Part shown: piece after piece, positions 1 to 17,034 of the stretch
Layout of the letters: each line of letters opens with the position of its first letter
How positions within the stretch are numbered: position 1 is the first letter of the stretch
From: Chrysomallon squamiferum
Lineage: Eukaryota > Animalia > Mollusca
NCBI GenBank assembly: GCA_012295275.1
Contig: CM022678.1
Coordinates: 9,114,001-9,178,000 of the forward strand
DNA: 64,000 nt
Direction: 5' to 3'
The notes under the pieces: model-generated
Database searches by the model: none
What the model saw: the letters and a program-made list of their open reading frames with translations, nothing else
Told to the model about the DNA's origin: nothing
Made by a program: the position numbers and the translations under genes

Positions 1-1028
1 GAAAAAAACTATTGGTAAATATTCATTTAGAAAAAAAGAAGACAGATATTAAAATATAGAAAGATATAAGATATATATATATATAGATATATAGAGAGAG
101 AGCTGATTTCTTTTATACTATTTATTACATTCTACTGTATAAACATACAAAAGTATACTGTAGCTTTATAATGCTACAAATGTTTCATTAAAACAACATC
201 TGAAAATGAATTCAGTACAGTATCGGTCAAGGGGCAGCTTCTACCATATCGAACAATTCCCTTAATGCCTGCATTTACATTCTTTTTTCTTATGAATGTC
301 CGCAGTATATCACTGCTTGTGTATACCTGAATTCACCTCACATTACCAAACACATTTGAGAGTTGCTCTGTCTTGGTTTAGTCAAATAATACAATATGTA
401 ATATTATAATAACATAAATATAATCGTTAATATGATTTATTTATTTATTTATTTTAAACAGAAAGAAATAAAGCTATATAATACAGAGAAGGAATATGTA
501 GTATTATTTTATGACTATGATGTATACGTGACTAAAATCATATATTCACCTTGTATGCTGTTTTTCATTATAATAGTTTATTTATATATCTTACGAAAAG
601 ACCTGATACCGCCAGTTCGCTATTCAAGTTTAAACAAGATACAGTTTGGCGGCTAAATGTATTATCTTTCTCTGTCCAACTACAAGCCAGTTGCTATCTC
701 CATTATTATTATATGTGTCGTAGGTTGTAAACAGCATTTTATAAATTAATTGAGTGCACAAACTATGTTAAAGTAGTTATTACTTTTCCTGCAGTTTAGT
801 TTATCAGAAGAATTAAATATTTCACGATTATTTTTTAACAAAAGAAACAAACGTTTTATAGAAAACTTAAAAGCTGTTACCCCTTCTTTACATGAGAATT
901 GGTATCTTCCCCTCACTAAGTGTCGTCTGTAAAAACCGGGCTTCACTAATGCAAGAGTAAATTGACGTTGCAGACGAGCAATCGGAGACATTTTTTCAGC
1001 TCTGAAAATTTTCATTTCTCAAGACTAA

Positions 1029-1034
1029 GTAAGT
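1029..1034 (+). other. Probable splice donor of an upstream non-coding exon of copy 1
   Basis: AAGACTAA|GTAAGT is conserved in all three copies (35052-35057 +, 55756-55761 -). The ATG is preceded by an acceptor (CACAG|ATATG), which implies an upstream exon. Confidence 0.5.
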
Positions 1035-1037
1035 CAA

Positions 1038-1132
<95 letters not shown>

Positions 1133-1429
1133 GTGTTCTAAGATATTTTAAAATATCATTTTCAAAGTCAATTCCACGATTATTTTATCGTGCGAGCTAT
1201 GTGATTTTCAAGAAAAGTAGCTCGTCACATTGCGAGAAACGATTTCTTTTCTAGTGGTGAGCTAAATTACCTTGCAGTATTCATGGATACTCACATATGT
1301 TGAGTTTGTTGGTTTTTGTGATTTTTTTTCTTTGCTTCATACAATTTATTACAGCAGACTTCGTTTATAATTTTAGTTCTGTCGCGACGCAATTTACAAC
1401 AGACTGTCGTCTTCCTTCTCAAATTAAGA

Positions 1430-1439
1430 GTGACGTCAC
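1430..1439. promoter_or_regulatory. Palindromic CRE/ATF site GTGACGTCAC upstream of the copy 1 ATG
   Basis: Perfect TGACGTCA consensus in a block conserved in all three copies; function is inferred only. Confidence 0.45.
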
Positions 1440-1656
1440 AAGGTTAAATTTAGCAAGTTCGTAATGCACTTTTATTTTACAAATAAGACTAAATAAATAA
1501 ATAAACAAACAGTTTATTTAGTGTATTTATAAAATGACAGTGTTATATTTGCAAGTTTATATATTTATCATTTCATTTTATTTATTTGTATATAGAATTT
1601 GTCGTATGAATTAACTGGGATTAATATGTAATTTTACCTCCAGTCAGTTGTTTTCA

Positions 1657-1713
<57 letters not shown>

Positions 1714-1773
1714 TATTATTTTTTTTTTTTTTTTTTCTATATTTTCTTTTAGCCTTCACTTTTTTATTTATTA

Positions 1774-1835
<62 letters not shown>

Positions 1836-1840
1836 CAGAT

Positions 1841-2348
1841 ATGGCAACAGCTTCAAACTCCGATGATAACTTATCTTGCTGTCTATGTATGGACATTTTC
1901 GACAAGCCACGAGTTCTACCTTGTGGCCATTCGTTTTGTTCGAAATGCCTGCAGGACTTTTTGTGTCACAATTACAACGACGACGACACAGAAATAAGCT
2001 GCCCGTTCTGCAGGCAGAATGTCCGCATTCCAGACAGCACGAAACCAGTGTACACGTGGGCAGCTCAGTTTCCTATTAACAAGTCACTGGTCGACGCCAT
2101 TAGTGATCGGCTACAATCAAAGTGTTGTGAGTCAGATGTGTTTAGATCTATTACAATAAAAAATAATTAAAGAAGATACAGTGATTATTTAACTCACAAT
2201 ATTTGTGTCCTGTATTAACCATCGCAGAATAAAGAAATAAAGGACATTTTTCTACCCAGAATTTACATTTAGTTGATAAAATAAATTCTATAACTCTTAA
2301 CATTGTATGCATATCTTTATTAAAAGCATTAGTACTAAATACTAATTC

Positions 2349-2418
<70 letters not shown>

Positions 2419-2423
2419 TTATT

Positions 2424-2458
<35 letters not shown>

Positions 2459-3974
2459 CTTATTTATTTATTTCAGCTAAAAAGGGAGGCAACATTTCAA
2501 TTCTGAGTTCTGTTTCTGAGAGTCTCAAAACCTTTAAAGAAATTCTTCAGACAGAGATGGATGATAAGATTGAGCAACTTCGCCAAGCCGTCGACATCAA
2601 CGTCGTGGACACCACAGAAGAGGTCAGAAGGATTGGTAACACACTAATAACAGATTTCACAGCCGCAGTCCACAAAGAACAAGACAGGCTAATAAGAGAA
2701 ATAGAAAAATCTCAGAACTTTGTAAACTCAGAAATACAAAAATTGTTCAGAGAACACAAACATCTGATTGATGAAAATGAAAAATTTATAAAACTTGCTG
2801 AAAATTTGTTAAAAGAAAAATCAGAGTCAGACATAAAAACAAATCTTCCAAAATTCACCAAACTTCAAAACACAACTTCCGAGTTTCTGACAAAATCTCT
2901 TTCACAAATAGAAAAAGCAGAATTCAAAATAAATCTGAGAAAATCTGAGAAAAAGAAAGAAATGTCTGTACACATCGGTGAAATAATCACAAACATCGAA
3001 ACAGACACACAGATAGACAAACAGACAGACACACTCAAACACACAGACACCATTAACACAAAAACACAACACACAGACACACAGTTAAACACACAGACAC
3101 CATTAACACAAAAACACAACACACAGACACACAGATAGACAAACAGACAGACACACTCAAACACACAGACACCACAACACAAAACACAACAAAAACACAA
3201 GAAGACAAAAACAAATCCTCAAACACACAGACACCATTCCAACACTGGTGTCAGGTGAGGACAAGAGTAAAATTGTTGTTAGTGATTTAAAACAATAAAT
3301 GTGTAAAATGTTTTTGTTTAGAAAGAAAATCACTGATAAACAAACACGTGACTTCCACTAGTCCATGCGGTCTTGCTGAGTCACGTGGTCAGCAGGGTGA
3401 TGTTGTTGTTGTCGTTGCTCTGCCAGATGAAAATAAAATATTGTTTTTAAATTTGAAAAACTTCAAACTGATAAAAACAATTACAACTGGTAAAAAGTAT
3501 CAGTTTATCTCTGTGTTACCTGGCAACCGTCTCGCGGTCACTGGGGGGGTTGTTTAATGAGTGCTTGGACATACTGACAGACAGTGGTCAGCTCATTAAT
3601 TCTATCTCAACAGATTTGATCCCCAGTCCGAGGTTTCTCACAGTTCAAGATCAATGTCTGATTGTTGTGTCAGAGAGAGAAAACAGTTTATTTTGTGTGA
3701 CGTCATCAGGTGACGTCAAATGGAAGTCACGTGATTCAGACAAACTGAGAGACTTGACAGGTGTTACATGTGACAGGGAGGGAAATATTTTTGTTTGTAG
3801 TTTAAATAGAAATTGTGTTGTTCAGCTGTCTCGAGATGGTAACATTACACGTGACATCCTCACTGACCAGGATGGACTGTCCAAACCTTGGTGTGTCTGT
3901 TGTGATGACAACAAACTCTACGTGACACAGTTTAAAAAAGTGAAATAAAAATATTTACGTGGTGTAAAAAGTAA
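1841..3974 (+). CDS. TRIM-like RING / coiled-coil / NHL-type beta-propeller E3 ligase without B-box, copy 1 (frameshifted as assembled: pseudogene or sequencing errors)
   Basis: Exon 1841-2126 encodes a C3HC4 RING (CCLC...PCGHSFCSKC...CPFCR). A phase-1 intron 2127-2476 (GTGAGT...TTTCAG) joins it in frame to exon 2477-3974: coiled coil (EMDDKIEQLRQ...), Thr-rich repeat linker and NHL-like blades (e.g. LTGVTCDREGNIFVCS, PWCVCCDDNKLYV). Frameshifts at about 3085 (stop 3136-3138), 3290, 3543-3549 (G run) and 3934-3939 (A run). The homologous stop is TAA 3972-3974. Confidence 0.85.
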
Positions 3975-4939
3975 ACTTCAAACTGTCTGCTAAGTTAGTT
4001 TCACTGAACTGTTTTGAAGTTGAAAGTCCACAGACATTTCTTTCTTGTAAATAAACAGAAAATCAGTTATTTATTTACTGTAAGGTAATTAATTTAGTTA
4101 ATTTGTTTATTTTTTTTATTTTTATTTTTAAATATGTTATTTATTTATTATGAATTATTTTATCGTTTAACCTTGCTAAATTACAAAATAGATTTCACTT
4201 TAAAACAGACTCTGATTTACTTTTGAAATTTTCACCAAGTTTTGTCATTTTAACTCTCTCTCTCTCTCTCTCTCTCTTTTCTTACATCTAAACTATAGTT
4301 TATTTCAAATAATGTTGGAATATTTAATTTATACTTGTACAATGAAAACTGTAATAAAATATTTATATGATAATTAAAAAAATTGTTCTGTCTTTATTTC
4401 ATTTAAATTTTAAAACTATTTTATATTGTTTCGTGATCTCTTTGTCTGTATAGCTACCTATGTATTCACCTAACTGTATGTATGTATGTATGTATGTATG
4501 TATGTATGTATGTATGTATGTATGTCTGTATGTATGTATGTATGTATGTATGTATGTATAATGTATGTGTATAATATAATTAATGTGTATAATATCAGTG
4601 TAGAACAAAGCAGTTCACTGTTGAGATTTATTATAATTTATTTATTATTAACAGCTAATACAGATTATTGTTTTGGAGATCCTAGCATTTTCAACATGAA
4701 AAAAAATCTCTGTGACACTTTCCCCATGGGTCGGGAGAAATGTTTCAACACGTGCAAAAATGTGCGCGCCGTCGGCCCATGTGTGAAAAAAAAAAGTTTT
4801 CAACTTTTACATTTTTATTCTGCTTGACATATTTTATAAATTTCTCTCTTAGACATGAAGTTAGGTTTTTTTTTTTATTTATTTATTTTTTAATCCAAAG
4901 AATGAAATAAACAAATAAAAGGAAAAGAAGAAAAAAGAG

Positions 4940-7122
<2,183 letters not shown>

Positions 7123-7689
7123 AAAATAAAAATGAAATCAGAGAAACAACCGCACAAACGAAAATTGCTAAGCCAGGAAAAAACAACAACAAAAAACAAA
7201 AACAAAACAGAATCGATTTTTAAAAATGTGACTAAATGTGAAACTGGATACCTCACTTGAGGTCTACAGACACGTGTTTTAAATCCGGGTGTTAGCGATC
7301 ATGTTTCGTCTTTATTTAGTGTGCACGTTCAAGTTAGTTTGAGTAGGGAACAATTCACAATATTCACGTAGCAGGGGCACATGGGCGGAACTGCGATCTG
7401 AAGTATTTTTTTTTATTTACTTTTTTTTAAACTTTATTCTGCGTCTGATTAGTGATATTATTGTTGTTATTGTTGCTGCTGTTGCTGTTGTTGTTGTTAC
7501 TATTTTCGGATGAGTTTATTTACTTTACAGCAATGACAATAACAGCACGAATATGAACATTAACTGTAATAATTTTACCTACATACAGAAATACATACGT
7601 ACTGACATAAATACCCTCATATACAAACACACACATATGTATACACACAGATTATTCTCATTGTGCAGTCTAAACGTAACAAAACAGAA

Positions 7690-11455
<3,766 letters not shown>

Positions 11456-11818
11456 GAAATTGTGTTTAAACTGTCTATAATGTGAAGCTTTGTACCAACA
11501 CACTGACAGAGAGCAACACACTAATGTCCTGACCTGTCCAGTCACAGTAAGACCAGCCCTGTCTCTTATTTCCTACTGACAACACAACAGCATCAACAGT
11601 TCCACCAACTCTTGACCAGTGGTCATCCTGGCCAGCAGTGACCTAGATTGCGGCCGACAAGAGCATCTGCCAGATCGGGAAAAAAGTGACATTCAATTGA
11701 TGTACTGATCTGTTGCTGCAACATCTGATATCTGACTAAGATTCTGCTCAAACAAAATTACATGGAAGAAGATTCAGCAATAACTCTTATGCAGTGAAGC
11801 TGAATCGAAACACTATAA

Positions 11819-12095
11819 TTAAAAATGAATACGTATAATTACAAAATAATCCAGGCGATCTATGTTGCCGTATTCTGTGACCAGACTCTGAAGCCGCTGG
11901 GTGGTGTCTCTGTAGATGTGACGCTGTGGGGTGGGGTTTCTCTGGCAAGTATCTGGTGCAGGGTTACAGTGTTGATGGATTGTACTGTTTTTCACAACAT
12001 CCAGAAACGGCCAGGTATTTGGATGACGACTGTAGTTTGTTGACATGAACTTTGGAACAACACGCGACTCTAAGAGTTAAGTTTGTTGACAAAGA
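11819..12095 (-). mobile_element. MULE (Mutator-like) transposase C-terminal fragment
   Basis: HPNTWPFLDVVK...YRDTTQRLQSLVTEYGNIDRLDY resembles the HPNIWKF...Y.D...RL..LV..Y.....DYL tail of animal MULE transposases. Confidence 0.65.
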
Positions 12096-12725
12096 AAAAA
12101 AAAATATATATATTATTGCTGAACAAGCACACGTGTCTGATTTGATTGCTTTAAATGTGTAACTAACTTACAACAACCCTGCCCACTCCCTCAGCTCTGT
12201 ATTTGATTGACAAACAATAAATAAATAAATAAATAATAATATATATATATTATATATTTAGTCTTGTCAGTCAAGAAATATTCATTTTCAATGTCTGTCA
12301 GTCGATTAGATGATTCATGACAGCAGGGATGTACTGTAACCATGGCTACCTGTAATAACATTAAAACTGAAATGTCATTTACGTTATCTTTTCCATCTTT
12401 CTACAGACAATTCAAAAATGTTAACCTGAATAATAGTAAATATTAGTTGTATAAAACACTGTTCTTTTTTAAAACTACTATTATTACTGTTGTTGTTGTT
12501 GTTGTTGTTGTTGAGAGAGTTACTCATAGATCATCACTAGACATCAGCATGTTTCTGTGTTGAAAGAAAAGAGAAAGTGGCTGAAACTTGCTTCCAGAAT
12601 GCAAGACAGAGAGTTCAGGTTTATGGAGGAGAATCAGAATCTTCACTCAAACGTTGATGATCATGTTTATGAGGAGATTTCTGATCTACATTGTCAGCGT
12701 CATGAGGAATTAGGTTACAACTTGC

Positions 12726-12980
12726 CAGAACATGTTTCACTGAAACACAAACACAGCAGAACATGTTTCACTGAAACACAAACACAGCAGAACGTGTTTC
12801 ACTGAAACACAAACACAGCAGAACGTGTTTCACTGAAACACAAACACAGCAGAACGTGTTTCACTGAAACACAAACACAGCAGAACCTGTTTCACTGAAA
12901 CACAAACACAGCAGAACGTGTTTCACTGAAACACAAACACAGCAGAACATGTTTCATTGAAACACAAACACAGCAGAACA
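12726..12980. repeat. 31-bp minisatellite, about 8 copies
   Basis: Unit CAGAACRTGTTTCACTGAAACACAAACACAG. Confidence 0.97.
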
Positions 12981-13635
12981 ACTAACTTCAGATACCGCTA
13001 TGAAGTGTCCGTTTTGTTAAACGTAACGTTTTACTTTGCTAATTCTAAATCGTATAATAGAAAGGTGTAATTTTACTGTACGCGGAACTTAAATATTATG
13101 TACACTATAGAAAATACTGATAACCACAGTTAATCTGTTAGACATTACTGACAGTTATAAATGATAATTCTACATGGTGTTTTGAAAATAAACCGCTTAA
13201 TTACTTATAAAAAGAAAATGATGAGAATTAATTATGATCAGTGATATTTACAGTGTGTAGGTTAAGTATGTAGAGAAATGTTTATCTCATATTTTATTAA
13301 TATCGTATATTTATATCAGGTTATATTTAACAATATCACAGTTAATTCCCTGGAATCACGATAGTGTGTACTGATTAACTGAGAGCAAAAGAGGTTAGCG
13401 TGTTATTTTATTATGAGAAATTTAATGTTTTCATTACATCCATTAAAAGGTGTACATCAGCGCAAGTTGAAAAGTGTAATATTCTTTACATTTCTGATTA
13501 AACCTGAAGTCCTCTTATTATATCAGATATTAATATAACCGCTTCACGAGTAATAATCTGTGTAACAATGAAGCAGACACCGTAGTCGTCAAAGTCCTCC
13601 AGTTGTCAACAGCTAACAACTAGAACAACACCCTA

Positions 13636-13680
<45 letters not shown>

Positions 13681-13872
13681 CTAAAAAACGGAAGCTTCCT
13701 ACATATGTTTGACGCTATTCTCCTAGTTTCATTAGAACTGTTCTGAGTGTCTTCTATCATTCTAAGACTATTGTGAGAAAATAGCTAAAATGCGCTTAAA
13801 TATTATTTTTAAGAATAGAATAATATCAGCTCACAACCTTTATTGTTTCCAAAGATAATAACACACAAACAA

Positions 13873-13930
<58 letters not shown>

Positions 13931-14085
13931 TCTGCATTAGCTGTCATATTCACATCCTGCTCTGTCTCAATACAAGGACTACAAGTAAATGGAATGGGAG
14001 AACTGATCAACATTGTCACATACATTTACAAAACTGGTTCTCATTATCGGGGAGATGTTTAGGAGGATTTAATGCTGTTTTACGG

Positions 14086-14240
14086 CTATGACAGTGTGGT
14101 CTACGACAGTGTGGTCTACGACAGTGTGGTCTATCACAGTGTGGTCTATGACAGTGTGGTCTATGACAGTGTGGTCTACGACAGTGTGGTCTATGACAGT
14201 GTGGTCTATGACAGTGTGGTCTATGACAGTGTGGTCTACG
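14086..14240. repeat. 15-bp minisatellite, about 10 copies
   Basis: Unit GACAGTGTGGTCTAY. Confidence 0.97.
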
Positions 14241-14456
14241 TTCTGTGTTGTCTGGAAGATCATCAGACTGGGTATCTGACAATGTCACAGTAGATGTTAC
14301 ATGTGGTAGTTCAGTAGTCACTATATCTTTTGAATCCAATAGCAGTGGACATTTTTCTGATAAGCAATTGGTCACATCATCTGACTGAAATATTTAAACA
14401 GTATTAAAATAACAATTTATATTACAGACAGATTTCTTAATATGAGAGATAGTATG

Positions 14457-14550
14457 CAGGGCTCGAAATGGCCAGTCGCCAGGTCACCAAATGCGACCAA
14501 AATTCCGTTTAGGCGACTGGGATGTTAGAAATATTATGGTTAGTCGCCCC
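14457..14550 (+). mobile_element. hAT-like DNA transposon terminus (orphan left end)
   Basis: Starts CAGGGCTCGAAAT followed by AGTCGCC/GGCGACT subterminal motifs. No intact matching right end was found. Confidence 0.45.
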
Positions 14551-15515
14551 AAAAAATATTATTTGGGTGACCTGTTTTTTCGATAAGTTATAACACAAGA
14601 TAATACTTTTATAATAATTGTATCTCAGATATTTATTTCACATAAAACGATTGCCCATAGTTCCATAAGTTGGACGTATCGGCTTGTCTTATTTGCCAAC
14701 ATCTATTTATAAACACTACGTTAAAGGATTATCGGTTGGTTAACGGAACACTGTAACTATTTGTTTGCTATTGTTTTTCCTTTTCAATTCGGCTTTTAAT
14801 TGGCTAAAGTGAAGCCAACGAACAAATTTAGCGAACTTTTTAGATCGTTACGTAAAGAATTATCGGTTGGTTAACGGAACAAGTTATCATGGAAGATAAC
14901 TCTATAACCTTGTATTTAGAATTGTTTTTCGTTTTCGATTCCGGTAGGATTACTTACCCGGAATAAAAAATAAATAAAAGTAAAAATAAAAAATAAAATA
15001 AAGAAAGAAATAAAGAAAATATACTAAAAAGAAAAGTGGAACGGCTGCATATTTTATAGAGGAAAGTTATTATTATTATTCCATTTTTGTCAAGGTTTGT
15101 TTGAAAATATCTTACCAGCTGATTTGTATAACTAGGACTAAATATTTGTGGCTATTTTAATCGATAAAAAAAATTCTTATTTTATTTTAGATCTTGACAA
15201 ATTAAAATAAGCTGATACTTTCAATTTATCGAACTATGAACAAACCTTTTATGTGAAATAAATATTTTCTATAAAATTATTAATAGTGGCTCTTGTTTTA
15301 TAACTTATAGAAAAAGTAAGTTCTTCTAGATTAATATTATTTATTCATGTTAGAGACTGTTATAGAATTATATTTGGAAATCAGAATATTTTAAGTGTTA
15401 AATCAATTGTAATATATTTTATCTGGATAAAGAAGACTCATAAAAAATGTTATCTTCTGAATTAGGACAGTTATTTCAAATAATTTACCACTGTATAAGT
15501 ATTATAAGAATTCAG

Positions 15516-16280
15516 ATTGTTGTTTGTTTTGCTGCTGAAAAAAGATATGATACTTCTGGGAGTTCTTCAAAGCACTCCAATGAACAAAGCACAGAGAACT
15601 TGTATGGGTTTCTTCATTAGTATTTTTCCTATTTAAGCAGCAGTTAATTTGTAATTTCTCCTTCATTTTTATAGAGGACAATGAAATGTATGTGTGTTGG
15701 GGTGTTACTGTTGTCTGCTTATATCTTTTATTGCTTGTTTACAGCATTAGTCAGAACAAACTCACAGCACTACAGACTGAATGGGGTAACTCCGAGAGAG
15801 AAAAGAAATCTGGTAGAAGAAAATTAATTCACACACTTTACATGTGAAGACAGAGAAAGGATAGTTCAGTTTCTGCAGCATTTTCCTCAAGATTCTGACT
15901 AATTTTGCTTATGTGAGTCCCAGGATTCAAAGGGAGTGATTTGAAAATCTTTCTGCATGTGAGACTAAATCCTCACTTTGGAGGGAGTATCAACAGACTG
16001 CTATTGCACAGGGTAAGAATTCATTTGAATAATGAGTAATTTTTATATATTAAGTGATAACATTTTAAGGATATTATATTAATTCTTAGATTAATTGATT
16101 TTATATTGCAGTATGTTTTTGTTTGTCATTTTAAATTTTGTTTTCATTTTCATTTTTAAGAAAAAGCTATTTGTCTTCTTCAGTTTGACTTGTCAGTACA
16201 GAAAGTTCACATTCCAAACAGCCCACTCCAGCCAGAACCAGTTTACTTCCTTGTGTCAAGGAAATGTGGAACTTTTAAAA
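15516..16280 (+). mobile_element. Decayed intron-containing Sola-like (Sola2-type) DDD transposase fragments
   Basis: Across frameshifts: KDMILLGVL; ISQNKLTAL..NGVTPRE; ERIVQFLQHF..LIL..VPGFKGSDLKI..ACETKSSLWREY; FDLSVQKVHIPNSPLQPEPVYFLVSRKCGTF (compare FDFAQQVHYP..PLQPGPIYFL.PRKC.IFG). Exon 15745-16012 has AG/GT ends. The superfamily name is from recall. Confidence 0.65.
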
Positions 16281-16301
16281 AATGTTAAAAGTTTTTACAA
16301 G

Positions 16302-16748
16302 ATGTGATTATCTTCTCTATGTGATTATCTTCTGTATGTGATTATCTTCTGTATGTGATTATCTTCTGTATGTGATTATCTTCTGTATGTGATTATCTTC
16401 TCTATGTGATTATCTTCTGTATGTGATTATCTTCTGTATGTGATTATCTTCTGTATGTGATTATCTTCTGTATGTGATTATCTTCTCTATGTGATTATCT
16501 TCTGTATGTGATTATCTTCTATATGTGATTATCTTCTGTATGTGATTATCTTCTGTATGTGATTATCTTCTGTATGTGATTATCTTCTGTATGTGATTAT
16601 CTTCTGTATGTGATTATCTTCTATATGTGATTATCTTCTGTATGTGATTATCTTCTGTATGTGAGTATCTCCTGTATGTGATTATTTTCTGTATGTGATT
16701 ATCTTCTGTATGTGATTATCTTCTGTATGTGATTATCTTCTGTATGTG
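16302..16748. repeat. 17-bp minisatellite, about 26 copies
   Basis: Unit ATGTGATTATCTTCTGT. Confidence 0.98.
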
Positions 16749-17034
16749 GCATCTGAAGTTGGCTGTCGAATGTGACTACTAAACATTTGAATGATTTTCT
16801 TTGTTATTAAATGTTTATCTATTTTTAGTTTATTTTGCTGTTATCTTTCTTTTTTCTTTTACTTTATTAGAGAGGAGACATGCTGTCTAAGTGAAATCTT
16901 TATCTCTCAATTTAAAATCAGTCATTCAAGTTGTTTGGGTTTGTTTGTATTTGGTTATTTAGAGATCTGCCTGCACACCAGAAATCTATGTAATTACTTT
17001 TTGTTTAATTTACTGAATGGAATTTAGTAAACTG

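Noticed and set aside
1003-1022. IRF/ISRE-like TTTTCATTTCTC conserved in the three copies
   Set aside because: Spacing deviates from GAAANNGAAA and such strings are frequent in AT-rich DNA.
1841-3974. Assigning a vertebrate gene symbol (TRIM2, TRIM3, TRIM56 or TRIM71)
   Set aside because: The architecture lacks B-box and filamin, and orthology cannot be established from this sequence.
14016-14375. RPHCH-repeat metal-binding-like ORF
   Set aside because: Product of the 15-bp minisatellite, open in several frames, with no supporting gene structure.
12726-16748. Regular short repeats as possible CRISPR arrays
   Set aside because: Head-to-tail repeats without unique spacers, no cas genes, and a eukaryotic context.
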